In this document: piece by piece, positions 11,402-23,919 of the stretch
Layout: each line of letters opens with the position of its first letter
Position numbering within the stretch: the first letter of the stretch is position 1
NCBI GenBank assembly: GCA_047495785.1
Contig: JBLDXI010000066.1
Location: 496,001 to 560,000 of the forward strand
Length of the DNA stretch: 64,000 nt
Reading direction: 5' to 3'
From: Lepidodermella squamata
Taxonomy: Eukaryota > Animalia > Gastrotricha
Notes under the pieces: generated by a model
Seen by the model: the letters and a program-made list of their open reading frames with translations, nothing else
Told to the model about the DNA's origin: nothing
Databases searched by the model: none
Program-made: the position numbers and the translations under genes

Positions 11402-12773
11402 CAGTGCGTTCACTAACTAATATGCCGGTTATTTTTAGAAACAATGAATGACACGCACTTCGTCATAGCGACGTTAGCAATTAATGTTTATGAATGGCTA
11501 GTTTTATATCGTCAAGTAAACCGATTTGTATACACTGAATGAAATACCATTTCATAGCCTTATTATTATCACTTGCTACTTGCTACCACTACTATCACTC
11601 CCAATTTAACAGCCACTTTAGTTCAATAAAATTTTAGGAGTTTTCTCGTAAAACCAGTAACACCAGGAAAGTTTTACACGTCATTTCGGTAAAATCACTT
11701 CCATTTTTAATCAGTTAACCATGTCTTGCCCCTGATTCTTTGGTGCTCAATATCTGGTTAAGATATTACTAGTTACTAAGCAGTCTTTTGACGTAAGAAA
11801 GCGGACGTCATCTCGTTACAACATTTAGTTCTGGATCACCTGAGGCGAGGATCTTAGCGCCTGCAGGCATCCGGCGATGGCCATTTTTACTCTAATAATA
11901 GCTAATGGCACATTTTGCAAATGGTTCATTCGATTTGATATTTGCGGGCGAGACTGAAAAGTCTCATTAATAGAGTGAAACTGCGCAATAAAACGCAAAA
12001 GCTAACCAACAGTCGCCGAACGTATTCACAGTATTCACAGAATTAAAATAATCGCGTGTTTCAAAAGTGTTGATGACCTCACTGAGTTTTTTCGTGCTTT
12101 TTTATTAATATTTCCATATTAGTCGCGTGCGGATAAAGGTCACGTTTAAATTCGAAAGGTAAAATACTATATAGTCTTGCAACCAGAGCATTCAGCCCAG
12201 TTGATCCCAAGGCAGTTTTTCATGTAAAGAAACGAGATTTCCCTTTTTTCTCCTCCAAGAAGGAGGCGCGAAAGCTTAAAATCTTCAATAATAACGACGT
12301 TTCCGAAGGTAGTCTTTCCGGGCCGAGAAGGCGTGAGGGCATTCAAAGGATAGACATCGCGTTTCTATCAGCTTTAAGAGAAAAACTTGCATTACCTGGG
12401 CCACTTATTCATCTATATATAAAATCATTTCGAAAAATAATCCTCAGTCATTTGGAATTTTCAAGTATCACATTAATTTTCAGAATTTTCGATTAATAAG
12501 ATAAAAAAACTGCCATTTTCGTAGAAAGATATTTTCAAGGTAAAAAAAGTCGCCAAAGCATCACCTGCGAAGAAATAGATAAAGAGGCGATAAAATTCAA
12601 TTGACGTAAATACTAACGTACGCTATAAGCGATAAAATCAGAAAATACGTGCGCAATTATCGGTAATAAACGCGAGCCCACTATCTACACGTAAATCGGT
12701 CGCAATTGGCAGTAAAACTGTGCTATATATAGCATTCTAAAAATAGCCGGCATATTAGTTAGTGAACGCACTG
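11402..12773. mobile_element. Tc1/mariner-type non-autonomous element
   Basis: 39-bp TIR cagtgcgttcactaactaatatgccgg(t/c)tatttttagaa with one mismatch; TA on both sides; no transposase ORF. Confidence 0.85.
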
Positions 12774-12779
12774 TACGTA

Positions 12780-12852
12780 TCACTGACCATTAGGCGGGAC
12801 TCTGTAATCGCCCAATGATCCAAGCGTCCAAACGCAATTCATTGGCAATGAA
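12780..12852 (-). pseudogene. Remnant of a fourth peptide-precursor gene (P1-like C-terminus)
   Basis: Reads ...GSLGDYRVPPNGQ*, versus the P1 end SFGAFKIPPNGQ*; preceded by an acceptor-like ttcatatag; wedged between two transposons. Confidence 0.55.
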
Positions 12853-12883
12853 CTATATGAAATAAACTCAATAAGCATGTTGA

Positions 12884-13642
12884 CCCTTTCATGGCGGAAT
12901 TAGTTATCTGTGGGAGAAACCATATTTGACACCAGTTCTAAGGGTTTTAGAGGGCCCTGATCACGATTTTGAAACCCGTTTATCTCTATCTATCACCGTT
13001 AAGGCTGTACACTGGCCGAAATCGCCCTATCGGCCCTGCTGATTTCAGCCGATTTTTCAAACACCCTAGTTTCTGTCTTAGATGCTTAGAACATTGGATT
13101 TTCAGACTCAAAATTGCTCTCGTGGAAGTCCTTAACGATTCCCTTTACTGACATTGTCAAAAGGAACCCGTTAAAGCCAGTTTCAAAAATCAGTGTTGAA
13201 ATCAGTATTCAGCTTTTTCATCTTTTTCATGCGCAGCTGTTTTAGAGCACAAATATCACGCCTTCGTCTGCATAAGTCCTGGCGGATAGGACGATTTCGG
13301 CAGGTTTGTTTAAATTTCAATAGCGTCGTCATTCTTAATTTTCAACTCGAAATAATTGACACAGAGGTCAATGAGACTAAGCGCACACCGTGGTATTTTT
13401 TGCTCGATCAAAAAACGAACAGAGACCTTCAAAAAAATCGAAATTTCAATATCAGGTTGACTATTTTCAAAATGCTACCATGTCCGAACCCTGCCAGATA
13501 CATGTGCCTTCGTTTCTAAACCTTGTAGCCAACACCGAAAAGTAGTATTCCTCAAAAGGGTCATCAAGAATTCATCAAATTCGAATTTCTGTGAATTTTC
13601 CGAAGTCGAAATTCCGAAATCGTCCTTCCCGCCGTGAAAGGG
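12884..13642. mobile_element. piggyBac-type non-autonomous element
   Basis: Termini ccctttcatggcggaa / ttcccgccgtgaaaggg flanked by TTGA / TTAA. Confidence 0.7.
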
Positions 13643-14614
13643 TTAACAGGTCACCATGTGCGCCTACCAAATGCATGTAAAATCGACCAATTTTCAAATC
13701 AATTTTTAAAAAACTTCATTTTTTCTGAATTTTTGATAAAGTTTATCCTAGTACAACTTTTAGCGCTCTTTCGAACGAGGCAAGGCTCGTCATCTTGTGT
13801 CCTTCACAAGGTCATCTAGATATTCGCTAAGTTGGTCACAAAATCCCGAAGATCGAAATTTGTCGATTATGTCGGGGCGGAAAGAATTGTCAAAATTAGA
13901 TCGGAAAATTTCAGAAACAATATTTTCTTTACCAGGATGGGCTAAGCTGTCGAAATATTCAACTTTTATCCTCATCCGATATCCGATTTTTTGGGAACTT
14001 TCTAGGTTTTGCATGGGCATGTCGAAATTAATGCTTTGAACTTTGAAACGATTTCGCTTTCCTGTGTGACTGTAGATCTCGGCAATCATAAGAAATTAAC
14101 TCCTGGCTTGGCTGTGACACCAAACCTTTTCCAATCCTTTACGGCTTTTCGCAGTCCGCATTAGAGCTGTCGCGGTTGAAATAATCAGTCCTCCGGTTAA
14201 CCCGGTTAGGTTACTCGCATTTTTAATTTTAACCCGGTTAACTTCTTAACCATACAACAAATCTTGCCTGCAAAAAAAGTTACTCAGGAAACATTGCTCA
14301 TTTTGAACGATTCCCAATGATCAATGATTATAAACCCCAGAAATAGGCTTATTTCGTGCTTAACGTAGTTATATCCGGCTTCAAAAAAGTGCGTCTCAAA
14401 TAAAGGACGGTAGGTTAAAACGGGTTAAAAACCAGATTTTCGGATTACTGTAGAGCGCGATGAGTACATTAGGAATCCGTTGAAAAGACCTTGGTTTTTA
14501 CAGCTCGTACACCCTTCACATCACGTGCCTGGCACCGATCGATCCGCCTTAATTGCCAGAATTGCGGAACTGGAGTCACGGCTTGAAATGTCAAATTTTA
14601 ATGCCCTATTCCCC

Positions 14615-14895
14615 TAATCAACACTATTCCATCACTCTTTTGCTTAGGTTTGATGTGATAATGATATTAAAATTATCGTTTTGATGTGTACATAATCAAA
14701 TGAACATCATAATATTGCCAAAGTGCATACAGCTAGATCTAATTAAGAGAGAATTAAGCCAAGGGAATTGGAGGAATCGGCTCGAGGAAAGAAGAGGGAG
14801 CCAAGGGAAGCAGAGGAATCCGCTTGAGGAAAGGAGAAGAAACCAAGAGAAGCAGAGGAATCGGCTCGAGGAAAGGAGAGGAAACCAAGGGAATT
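14615..14895 (+). pseudogene. Inverted, rearranged partial copy of P3 (3' flank plus about 3 coding units, one with a stop)
   Basis: 14615-14750 is the reverse complement of about 15525-15670; 14757-14895 reads PRELEESARGKKREPREAEESA*GKEKKPREAEESARGKERKPRE. Confidence 0.8.
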
Positions 14896-15859
14896 ATTCA
14901 AATATAATTATGGAGCGAAAATCCTTGGTCGGGTTCAGCAAAATAGCCTAACAATTTGTTCTAATGAGGGGTAACTGGAAACCCGCCAACATTCACCACA
15001 CCTTCTTCTCCCGCCGCTCAACAAACAGCTATCTTGTGATGTTTTATAATTGCAGTCGACTAAAGCCGACATGGTTGTTGAAGTTTTGGGAGTTCCGTCT
15101 TTTTACTGAAGACCCGTCGCTCAGTCTTTTGAAGTCCTTTCGAAACGATCGAGCGCCCATGCTAAGGTTAGTTAAGTGAACTACGATCATTTACTCTCGC
15201 GAGATCATTCGAGACTCAGTGTTCGACACAATTCTACCCAACCTATCTTACAAAATGTAACATGCTGAATAGTAAAAACAACAGTAGAGTGTTCCGGAAT
15301 TACCTTTCACCGATTAGGAGTGGTTTGACTCGACTACATGCATACATAGCATAGCCAGAGTGAAAGTATTTTTCGTGTTTCGTCTTTTCATGCTTCAATA
15401 AAATGTATTCGACAATGCCATTCAAAAATTTGAGGTAGTTCCGGCAGCTTGCACCGCTCTTTCACCGGTTAATTTGCACGGCCAATTGACGAGATCACGC
15501 TATCTTTTGCCAACAGAAGAAGTCTCTCTTAATTAGTTCTTTAATTAGTATGCACTTTGGCAATATTATGATGTTCATTTGATTATGTACACATCGAAAC
15601 GATAATTTTAATATTATCAACATCAAACCCAAGCCAAAGAGTAACGGAATAGTGTTGATATTAGAGGGGATTAAAAATTGATATGTCGAATGTTTTGAAT
15701 TATAAATCATTGCTATGAATTAATCGAATGATAAGGTGAAACGAAGCAAATAAAGCCATAATTGAATATTAGCCGCAACGGATTAGCATCCATTTAAAAT
15801 CGAGCCGATTCCTCTACATCTCTCAGCTTCTCTTCTCTTCCTCGAGCCGATTCCTCTTA

Positions 15860-16780
15860 TTACTTCGGCTTTCTCTCCTTTCCTCGAGCTGCTTCCTCTG
15901 CTTCCCTTGGCTTTCTCTCCTTTCCTCGAGCTGCTTCCTCTGCTTCCCTTGGCTTCCTCTCCCTTCCTCGAGCTGCTTCCTCTGCTTCCCTAGGCTTTCT
16001 CTCCTTTCCTCGAGCCGATTCCTCCAATTCACTAGGCTTCCTCTCCTTTCCTCGAGCTGCTTCCTCTGCTTCCCTTGGCTTCCTCTCCTTTCCTCGAGCT
16101 GCTTCCTCTGCTTCCCTTGGCTTCCTCTCCCTTCCTCGAGCTGCTTCCTCTGCTTCCCTAGGCTTTCTCTCCTTTCCTCGAGCCGATTCCTCCAATTGCC
16201 TAGGCTTCCTCTCCTTTCCTCTAGCTGCTTCCTCTGCTTCCCGTGGCTTCCTCTCCTTTCCTCGAGCCGATTCCTCTGCTTCCCTTGGCTTTCTCTCCTT
16301 TCCTCTAGCTGCTTCCTCTGCTTCCCGTGGCTTCCTCTCCTTTCCTCGAGCAGCTTCTTCTGCTTCCCTAGGCTTCCTCTCCTTTCCTCGAGCCGATTCC
16401 TCTGCTTCCCTTGGCTTTCTCTCCTTTCCTCTAGCTGCTTCCTCTGCTTCCCTAGGCTTCCTCTCCTTTCCTCTAGCTGCTTCCTCTGCTTCCCGTGGCT
16501 TCCTCTCCTTTCCTCGAGCAGCTTCCTCTGCTTCCCTAGGCTTCCTCTCCTTTCCTCTAGCTGCTTCCTCTGCTTCCCTAGGCTTCCTCTCCTTTCCTCG
16601 AGCTGCTTCCTCTGCTTCTCTTGGTTTCCTCTCCTTTCCTCGAGCCAATTCCTCTGCCTCTCTTGCCATGTCGCAAATTACGGCAGCGATCTTTATTGAA
16701 GAATAATTCATTGATGTGTATGTCAAGTATTAGAAATATTCGAAACATACCAAGCACGCCAACAGTAGATAACGGATCAT
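15860..16780 (-). CDS. Secreted polyprotein precursor P3 (286 aa; 19 x GKERKP[RK] with EAEEAAR spacers)
   Basis: Exon 1 16780-16751 MIRYLLLACL; 60-bp intron 16750-16691; exon 2 IAAVICDMAREAEELAR followed by 42-bp/14-aa units. Confidence 0.88.
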
Positions 16781-17524
16781 TTTTTACTGAAATTGATGAT
16801 GAATTGTGAAACGAAAAAGAACGAAATGCCACGATGATGCTGCACACTTTTATTTTCTTGCTACCGGATGCTCATGTGACTCGTCTCATATAGTTCACCT
16901 GCTCGTATAGAATGTTCGTCATTCTTGCGCGAACCAAAAAATAATCTACATATTGTTCTGCCAGCTTGCATGAAAATTGTCAATAGCACATTCATTAAGT
17001 GCAATAATATGAACTGAAAAAATGACAAAAACGACGTCGTTTTTTATTATTTTGACGGCTGTGTTTCGACCAAGGTTCATCCTTGTGAATTGAAAGATTA
17101 TGAACAATTTCTGCGAAAAATGAAGCTAGTTCGGCTTAGAAGTAGCTTGGAAATTGGGAGCTCAGGCCCTGTTCTTTTCGCATGGTCGTTACTTTCATTA
17201 GACTTATATGTGCTAACCGGAGCATTGCCTCAACAATCCAATCTCAATTTTGATTCTAAGTGATAATTAAAAAAAAACATTGACAAAAATCAACAGCTCC
17301 CTCGCCGCTACTTACCGCTTAAAGAATGATGATAAATTCTGGATTTGAAACCGAAATCGCAAAGCGCAGGTTCATATGGATCCTCGATCGAAGCAGCAAT
17401 GTTCCTGTTCTAATGTCCATCGGCCTCCGCTAATCATTGAATAATAGATGGTGACGCAAAATCAAACAAGAGAACCAAAATTCAGCTATCAGCTTGGAAA
17501 ATTCATAAACACTAATAGCAAGTT

Positions 17525-18188
17525 ATGAAATCAATTCTACTTCTTAGCAGGACAGCTGACTCGCTTCTACAGTCCGCCAGTTTCTGGCAACATAGCGATC
17601 CGGACAAGATTTCAGGTACATTTTGTTCCCAACGTTTCGAGTCTGATATTTATGTCTCTAAGTTGACGTCTCGAGACCTGAATGGTGTTTTCTGGATAAA
17701 AAATTGTCGCTCGACCGGAAAATACACTTTTGCTCGATACAATTTACGAACCTTTGGAAAGCCCTTAGATGCCAGCGCGAAAATCCGCCTTAATTTTTTC
17801 AATCCTACCCGCGAAATATTGACATTTGGCATAGAATTCTCTCTTTCGAATGATGATAGCGAGACTGCAGGTTGCGAATTAAAGGAATGCTAGGGTGTCG
17901 CGGCGCCCCATCTCTCAGCTCTGGGACCCTAAACATAGGAAGGCTCAACAAACCAGAGGGGGGGCCCTTTGGTTTATTCGGCTGGGTGCTAGAAACCTGC
18001 TAGAAAACAACCCAGCTACCGGATCCTACTTCGCACACTGCGAGACTGCATGCGATTTCATGAAAACCATGTCTCCTGGAGCGATTTTCGCCGTTGTTCT
18101 CGGTTCTATCCTAGCGTTGCTGGGGGTGGCGAAACTGCTCATTGGAATTTGCAGTCGTAACAAACAAGATTACAAACCGTATTTGTGA
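17525..18188 (+). pseudogene. Single-pass membrane family copy A (disrupted)
   Basis: Paralog of 31840-32474 with internal deletions/frameshift and a MITE insertion; retains the TM and the YKPYL tail. Confidence 0.8.
17868..18040. mobile_element. hAT-type MITE inside copy A
   Basis: Exact 8-bp TSD cgagactg; termini caggttgcgaa / ttcgcacactg; the paralog at about 32328 shows the empty site. Confidence 0.85.
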
Positions 18189-18770
18189 AATTTTTGAAAA
18201 TTGATAAATTTCAATATTGAAGAATTTTTCTGTAAGTAAAAAAATATCCCGTTCTGTAGCTTTGCGTCTTTTGCTTTCATCATTCAAGTAACAGACTCGG
18301 CAATACCAAAGCCTACAATTGCGTATTAATGGATTGTTCTTTACTTATGCGAACCACGTAGGAATATCATTTGATGCCCCATCGTAAAATTTGATGAAAA
18401 ACACCTGAAAAAATACTACACACACTCATAAATTCAGCGCGCACGAGAAAATTCTACGTCCATATGTTTGCATAACACAAGAAATAAGTTGAATTCACTT
18501 TCAAACCCATGAATTTGGGGAAAAAATTGAGCCCTAAATGGGAGGCCTGAAATACAACGACTTCGACCGGAAATAACGCTTATCACTAAAGCTTATACAT
18601 CGTGTGCTTAAGTTTCATTCTCTTTCATAAAAGCTTGTAATTCATGGGGTAGATTTTCATGCTTTTATTGCATGTTTTATAACTTTAATTCCTCAAATCA
18701 TCAAGCTAATGACGTTTTCTTCATGGTGACAGGCCTGAAAAACGTTCAGTTTTCAAATGGCTTGTGCTAA

Positions 18771-19180
18771 TTGACATGCCTATTGTCACCAATAAGCCGA
18801 AGAATTGTATCAGAGTTCTTCATGAGATTTTCAACCTGCGAGTTAAGCTATTGCCTGAATTTACAATATCGCGGAAACTTACCGAAGGTTGGGACCAAGA
18901 AACTGAAGCTAGATCTTATCAACCGCCAGTTCGTCGTCTACAAGTTGAAATGTGGCCAGTGTGACGCTGGAATGACGGCCGGAATGACGGAGAAGCACCT
19001 TCAAGAGCGCGCTGAAAAACATTGGCTGAAGTCAGGCTCGATCGGATAGCATTTGCGCTAACATGAATAGCCTGATGGCTTCAACCTGCACGCATGTTTC
19101 AAGGTTTTACGCAGTAATGCAGTAACAGATGGGACTGTTTATTGCTTGTTGATAGAGGAAATCAAACTAACATACTCGCA
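18771..19180 (+). mobile_element. Penelope-like element relic
   Basis: VVYKLKCGQCDA..G.TEKHLQER..KH, homologous to 5577-5915. Confidence 0.7.
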
Positions 19181-19249
19181 ATCAAACGCGCAATCAGATT
19201 ATTGAAGCTATATCAGTGCTATTCCTAATTTTGCTGTGGAATTACCATC

Positions 19250-19455
19250 AGGGCGGTTTTACCATGAGGTACGCACTCGAGAATTGTGCCCTGTGCCCTT
19301 GGCTCCGTAGCCGGCGACACGTCTTCCTGTCAGCTTGATTAACGGTCCCGGAAACGCCGCATTCAATGCGTGGAAGAATGATTGGTGTTGGCGGAACCCG
19401 TGCCTCTTCGCCGACAGTGAGGTGCTTGGACCGCTCGACCACTTGCTCCTCCTCA
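19250..19455 (-). mobile_element. tRNA-derived SINE-like element
   Basis: Minus strand gtggtcgagcggtccaagcac (A box-like) followed by gggttccgcc (degenerate B box). Confidence 0.5.
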
Positions 19456-19659
19456 TAGGACTCGCATTGTTATAGACTCGCTAACGGGTGCTGGCGTCAC
19501 CAGCTTTTTCACCCGCTCATTCCGCATTGATGTATGACGTATGAAGTATGACAATTTGCGTCATTTTGGCGCTCTCGCTTGCGTCTTATTGCTTTTCCAC
19601 TGGGGGAAGTGTCTCATGGTAACCAAATTTTACCATGCCCCTCACTAGAAGCTTCATTA

Positions 19660-19794
19660 CATAGAGCGAAGTACTGCTAGGGATGGTAGGGATTATCCCT
19701 GCCAGTTCCATCGGTCCGCAAGGTGAGCTCAGACAAAGACCAAAGGGGGGACCCTTATGCTGATTTTTGTTCCGCGGTTCTACTTCGCTCTACG
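19660..19794. mobile_element. MITE with CATAGAGCGAAGTA termini (same family as 45567-45716)
   Basis: TIR catagagcgaagta / tacttcgctctacg; internal ctagggatggtagggat shared with the 45.6-kb copy. Confidence 0.7.
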
Positions 19795-20477
19795 GTCTAT
19801 GATTCGCACTATGGATCAAGAAATGTTCATAGTTGCGCCGGGTCCGTCTTGTCTTCGATTTCGCCATTTCCCTTGTTGGCGCTTGGTCGTCCATGATGTC
19901 GCCCATTACCGGCGCTTTGTCACTAATCAATTGAGTGGTTAAATGGTGACTTAATCGCATATGGGATGCTAAGCACCACAGTCATGCCAATTTGCAAACA
20001 AGCTTATCGAGCAGGATCATGAAGATTTCAGCTACACTAACTACCTCGGCGATCATGGCTAGGCTCAGGAGGGAATGGAGGCTGTTTGTCGATGAATGAG
20101 GTCAAAACCAAAATTACAGCGTTTTGGACTCAAAAGCTAAGAACAACTCTCAGGCCAGCTGCCTAATCGCACTAGCAGTGGGCGACTTTACATTAATGCC
20201 TAATAATAATAATACTTAAATTTTTTGCTATTGGATGTTCAAGAATAATATTTAAAAATTATAATTGTTATTATATTTACCACTGGTGCTAACAAACAAT
20301 TGCTTCGCATCGTCCCCCACAACCAAGCTAATTTCGGATAGAATGTATGCTCAGTTGTCGACGAGTTAAAAATAAAACTGTCCATAAACATCCTCAAGCT
20401 GCTCGATCATCCAAAGTTTCATCCAGTCATCCATCCGCTTTTCGTTTTAATTAAAATTGTCAATTAAAACCTTGGTT

Positions 20478-21967
20478 ATGGCTTTCAGACTGGCTGTTAT
20501 CGCGGCGACATTAGGCATTGTCGTTAGTCGTAAGTTACCGTCTCTCTAATCCTTCCAAGGCTCATGTCGATTTCGTCTTTTCAGAAACAACTGTCAGCCC
20601 TGCGAAGATTGTCGAATGCTCGACTGGAGTGAGCACGACCGACGCGTTCAATACCGACGGCATGCTGTACGATCTCAACTATCGGTATGTCTACTGCCCC
20701 GACGGCAGCTACCTGACCTCGTGGAAGCTCAAATTCACTCCGAATGCGTCTGCTTCGTCTGCCCAGTATGAATACAAGTGCTGCAAGGCGCCGTCTGTCG
20801 GAAAGTGCAGACAGGTTACGAACGACCTGACGGATGGTAATGGCTTTGCTGCTGTCTCCCTCGAAAAACAGGATATCAAGTGCAACGCGAATGAGTTTCT
20901 GAAAGGCTTCCACCTGACCACATTGTGGAGTCAGATCAGGTTCAACTATGCATGCTGCCAGGTTAGTATCGAGATCGTGTACCAAATTTACCTACGAGCT
21001 CGTCCCACTTTGGGGGAGGTTTCTGATGGCCAAGGCCTAAGAGTCCAGGAAACGTTCAGATTATCAGGCGCCATCTCACCATCTCACATGTTTATTTTTC
21101 ATTTCCAGATTGAAGGCGAATTCGATGTTATTCCCAGGGCGCTAACAACCGATTACGACAAGGAAAGTAACAAAACGACGACCTTAGACCGCCACAATCT
21201 CGCCTGCGCGGACGGTGAGCTCATGCAGAGGTGGCACCTGCAACGCGATGTAGACCAGGGTATGGTGCGCTTTGAATACACATGCGCTAAAATCAATCTG
21301 CGTGAGTTGCAATCCGCACAAGACAGGTTTAAATTGAAAAATATTGCTTCTATGTAGCTCCGAAGTGGTACGAGAAGTGCTCTAATGCCACCCTGAAAAC
21401 CAGACTGGCCGATGACCCTGATGGCAAAACGTACCAGCTCAATTTGCAGACCGTGCAATGTCCCGAGAGGAACTATATCACTTCCTTCGGACTGGCCAGG
21501 CCTAGCGCAACCACCGTCCAGTACGCGTACACGTGTTGCGCTGCCCCCATGATGCCGGTGTGCCGCGAAATCCAGAACGCTTGGACCCCTGGCTACTACG
21601 GCGACACCAACTTTCTGGACAGGCAAGCTGTCACATGCAAAGCTAACGAAGTCCTGAACCGATTTGTCCTAGTTACCGACCGTCTCACAATTGCCGAAGG
21701 TTCAATTTCCTACTACTACACCTGCTGCTCGGTGCGAATTTCAGAATTCAAACTGCTACTGTTTTAATAAAATGTGTTTACAGGTCACAGGTAAGGTCAC
21801 CACTACCAACCATGTGACTGATGAAATCGACCACAAGGGCAAAACGTTTGCTCTCGCCAACTACCGCCCGACCTGTCCCGACGGCAGGTTGCTGCAACAG
21901 TTTCAACTGAAGCGCGGTCCTGGCGGATACCTGATACGAGTACACCTGTGCTAAGGTCGAGGAGTGA
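20478..21967 (+). CDS. Secreted six-repeat dermatopontin/HAAF-like (putative lectin) protein; 1-nt frameshift near the end
   Basis: Exons 20478-20529, 20585-20961, 21109-21301, 21358-21731 and 21784-21967; signal MAFRLAVIAATLGIVVS; six about-50-aa repeats L.....C.....L..[FW].L.....Y.Y.C[CA]. Confidence 0.75.
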
Positions 21968-23919
21968 ATCGGACAAGAGGAGCAGGTTGCAGTTTAGTCG
22001 AGAAATTGATGGTAAATTATGGTTGAAGGGAATAAGTCGTAATCATTCATTAATCGAGGCGGTTGATAGTCAGCAGATTAATGATCAGCGTTGAATAAAA
22101 TATAACAAGACATAATGTGTGAACATTTTGATTCAGGAAGTCCTCCCATCTCGTGATTCCTAGTCACCCTCTTGTCTATCCTCTATTTATTCGTACAGTT
22201 CTGAGCTAGCTTTCGACGCACGGTTTATAAGATTTTTCGACCTCCCGAAAACATACAAGGGATATTACGAAAAATTCCGGGCACTTGGAGCGTTAACAGA
22301 AACTTTGATCAACACTATGTCTAGCACCACCTGCGAGGAAATACTTCCAAACCATGTTGCTAATCACCTAGATAGCGTGGCGAATGCTGTCCCCAATGTG
22401 AGTCATGAAATATAAAGTAACTGTACCTATTTATTGATTCTCATGATTCTGATAATTGATCCTCATTTATTCAAAATATCTGTGAACGATCTAGGCCTAG
22501 TTTTTAAACATCCGAAAATTGGCCGAAAATTCTTCGTAAAAATAAAAAAATACCACTCAGGGTGTATCTCAGGGAGCTCGAACTGACTGGGTTTGGTGTA
22601 ATCCTAAAATCCGACTCCCTTTAACGAATGAACGATATCCAATTGGAATAAATCTATGCCTCTGACTCAACGAGAATCTGAACTTTCGAAGAAGCTCAAT
22701 AATTTTAACGTTAATGTGGAGCCAATGTTGTTGTTGTTTTGTAGCCATTTTGCTAGACCGCTTCATTAATTTCCCTTCACCTACTTAATATCACAGGACC
22801 TTTGATAGCGGAGGAAAGATGAAAGCATGGATAGACGGCCCCTAATTTCGCGCAATTCTATACCACTCATCGTGAACTGAAAACTGAAGCGAATCAGCCC
22901 GCGGAGCAGTTCATGGCGGCCGGGTGGTGCGGAAGTTGGCCCATTTTCGACTTGGCATTTTCAGCTGAATCGACGGTAAAAAGCTCGCTTCAACCGCGAA
23001 TATTACTTCACCAGGGTCCAATTTGACACTCGTCAGCAATTTTCATCATTTTGGGCTAAACATGAAGAGCAATTAAGTGTATTTGAACAGTCTAGTGAAG
23101 TTGAACAGTCTAGTTTAGGCGTTCAGGAGAAAAGCTTTAGAGCCGCTGAAGCAATCGCTTGTCTTGATGGTAAAGGAAATTCAGAGTAGGGAGGATGTCA
23201 ATCGTTCATAGAATTTCGAATGAACATCAATAAGAACCCAAGCGTGCAGTGATTTAAGAAAAATAATCTACCATCGGTATGATTGAGAATTTACCAAAGT
23301 ATTTCTGCATTGTTTCTACCGCATCAGATGAAAAAAACAAAAAGCGAGAAAATCGCTGATGTTTTCAAAGCGCATCAATGTCAGACCGCGTTCACTGTTC
23401 GTTGACAGAAGGTTCAGCTTGAGAACATGAAATAAAGCCAGTGGAAGCTGTGGAATCGGCTTGAAGCAGCACTTCATTTATGGGCGTAATATTATAGGGT
23501 GGTAGTAAATCAGGTCGAAAAGTTATTAATAACATGAATCATCACTCACTATCGAAGAGGTATTGTTAGAGCATATACTATCGCATGTTTTTAATATTCA
23601 GCGCATCGACCACCTTAATGAATCAATAAAAGTGTCGACCGAAAAGTTCCTATGTTCTCCAAGTATATTATAAGCAAGATGTCCAACCACCGCAGACAAA
23701 ACGTCGTTAGCGACGCGCTAAAACAATGCTTCGATGACTCATTCGATCCTATAAGGAGCCTAACAAAATGATGCAATGCATTCAGTTTTTCGAGCACTAG
23801 TCGTGTAGATCATCATTTTAATTTACGTTCAAGTGTCTCACATTTCGTTAAAAGAACTAGAAATTATTAAGTTCTTCTTCTTTGGGACTTCTTTCGGTTC
23901 AACGCTATAACGATAAACA

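Noticed and set aside
1838-16660. Tandem repeats as possible CRISPR arrays
   Set aside because: No unique spacers, unit lengths are multiples of three and coding, no cas genes, and the context is eukaryotic.
16196-16699. Leu/Ser/Cys-rich plus-strand ORF and alternative-frame ORFs at 14700 and 15823
   Set aside because: Antisense or off-frame readings of the 42-bp repeat.
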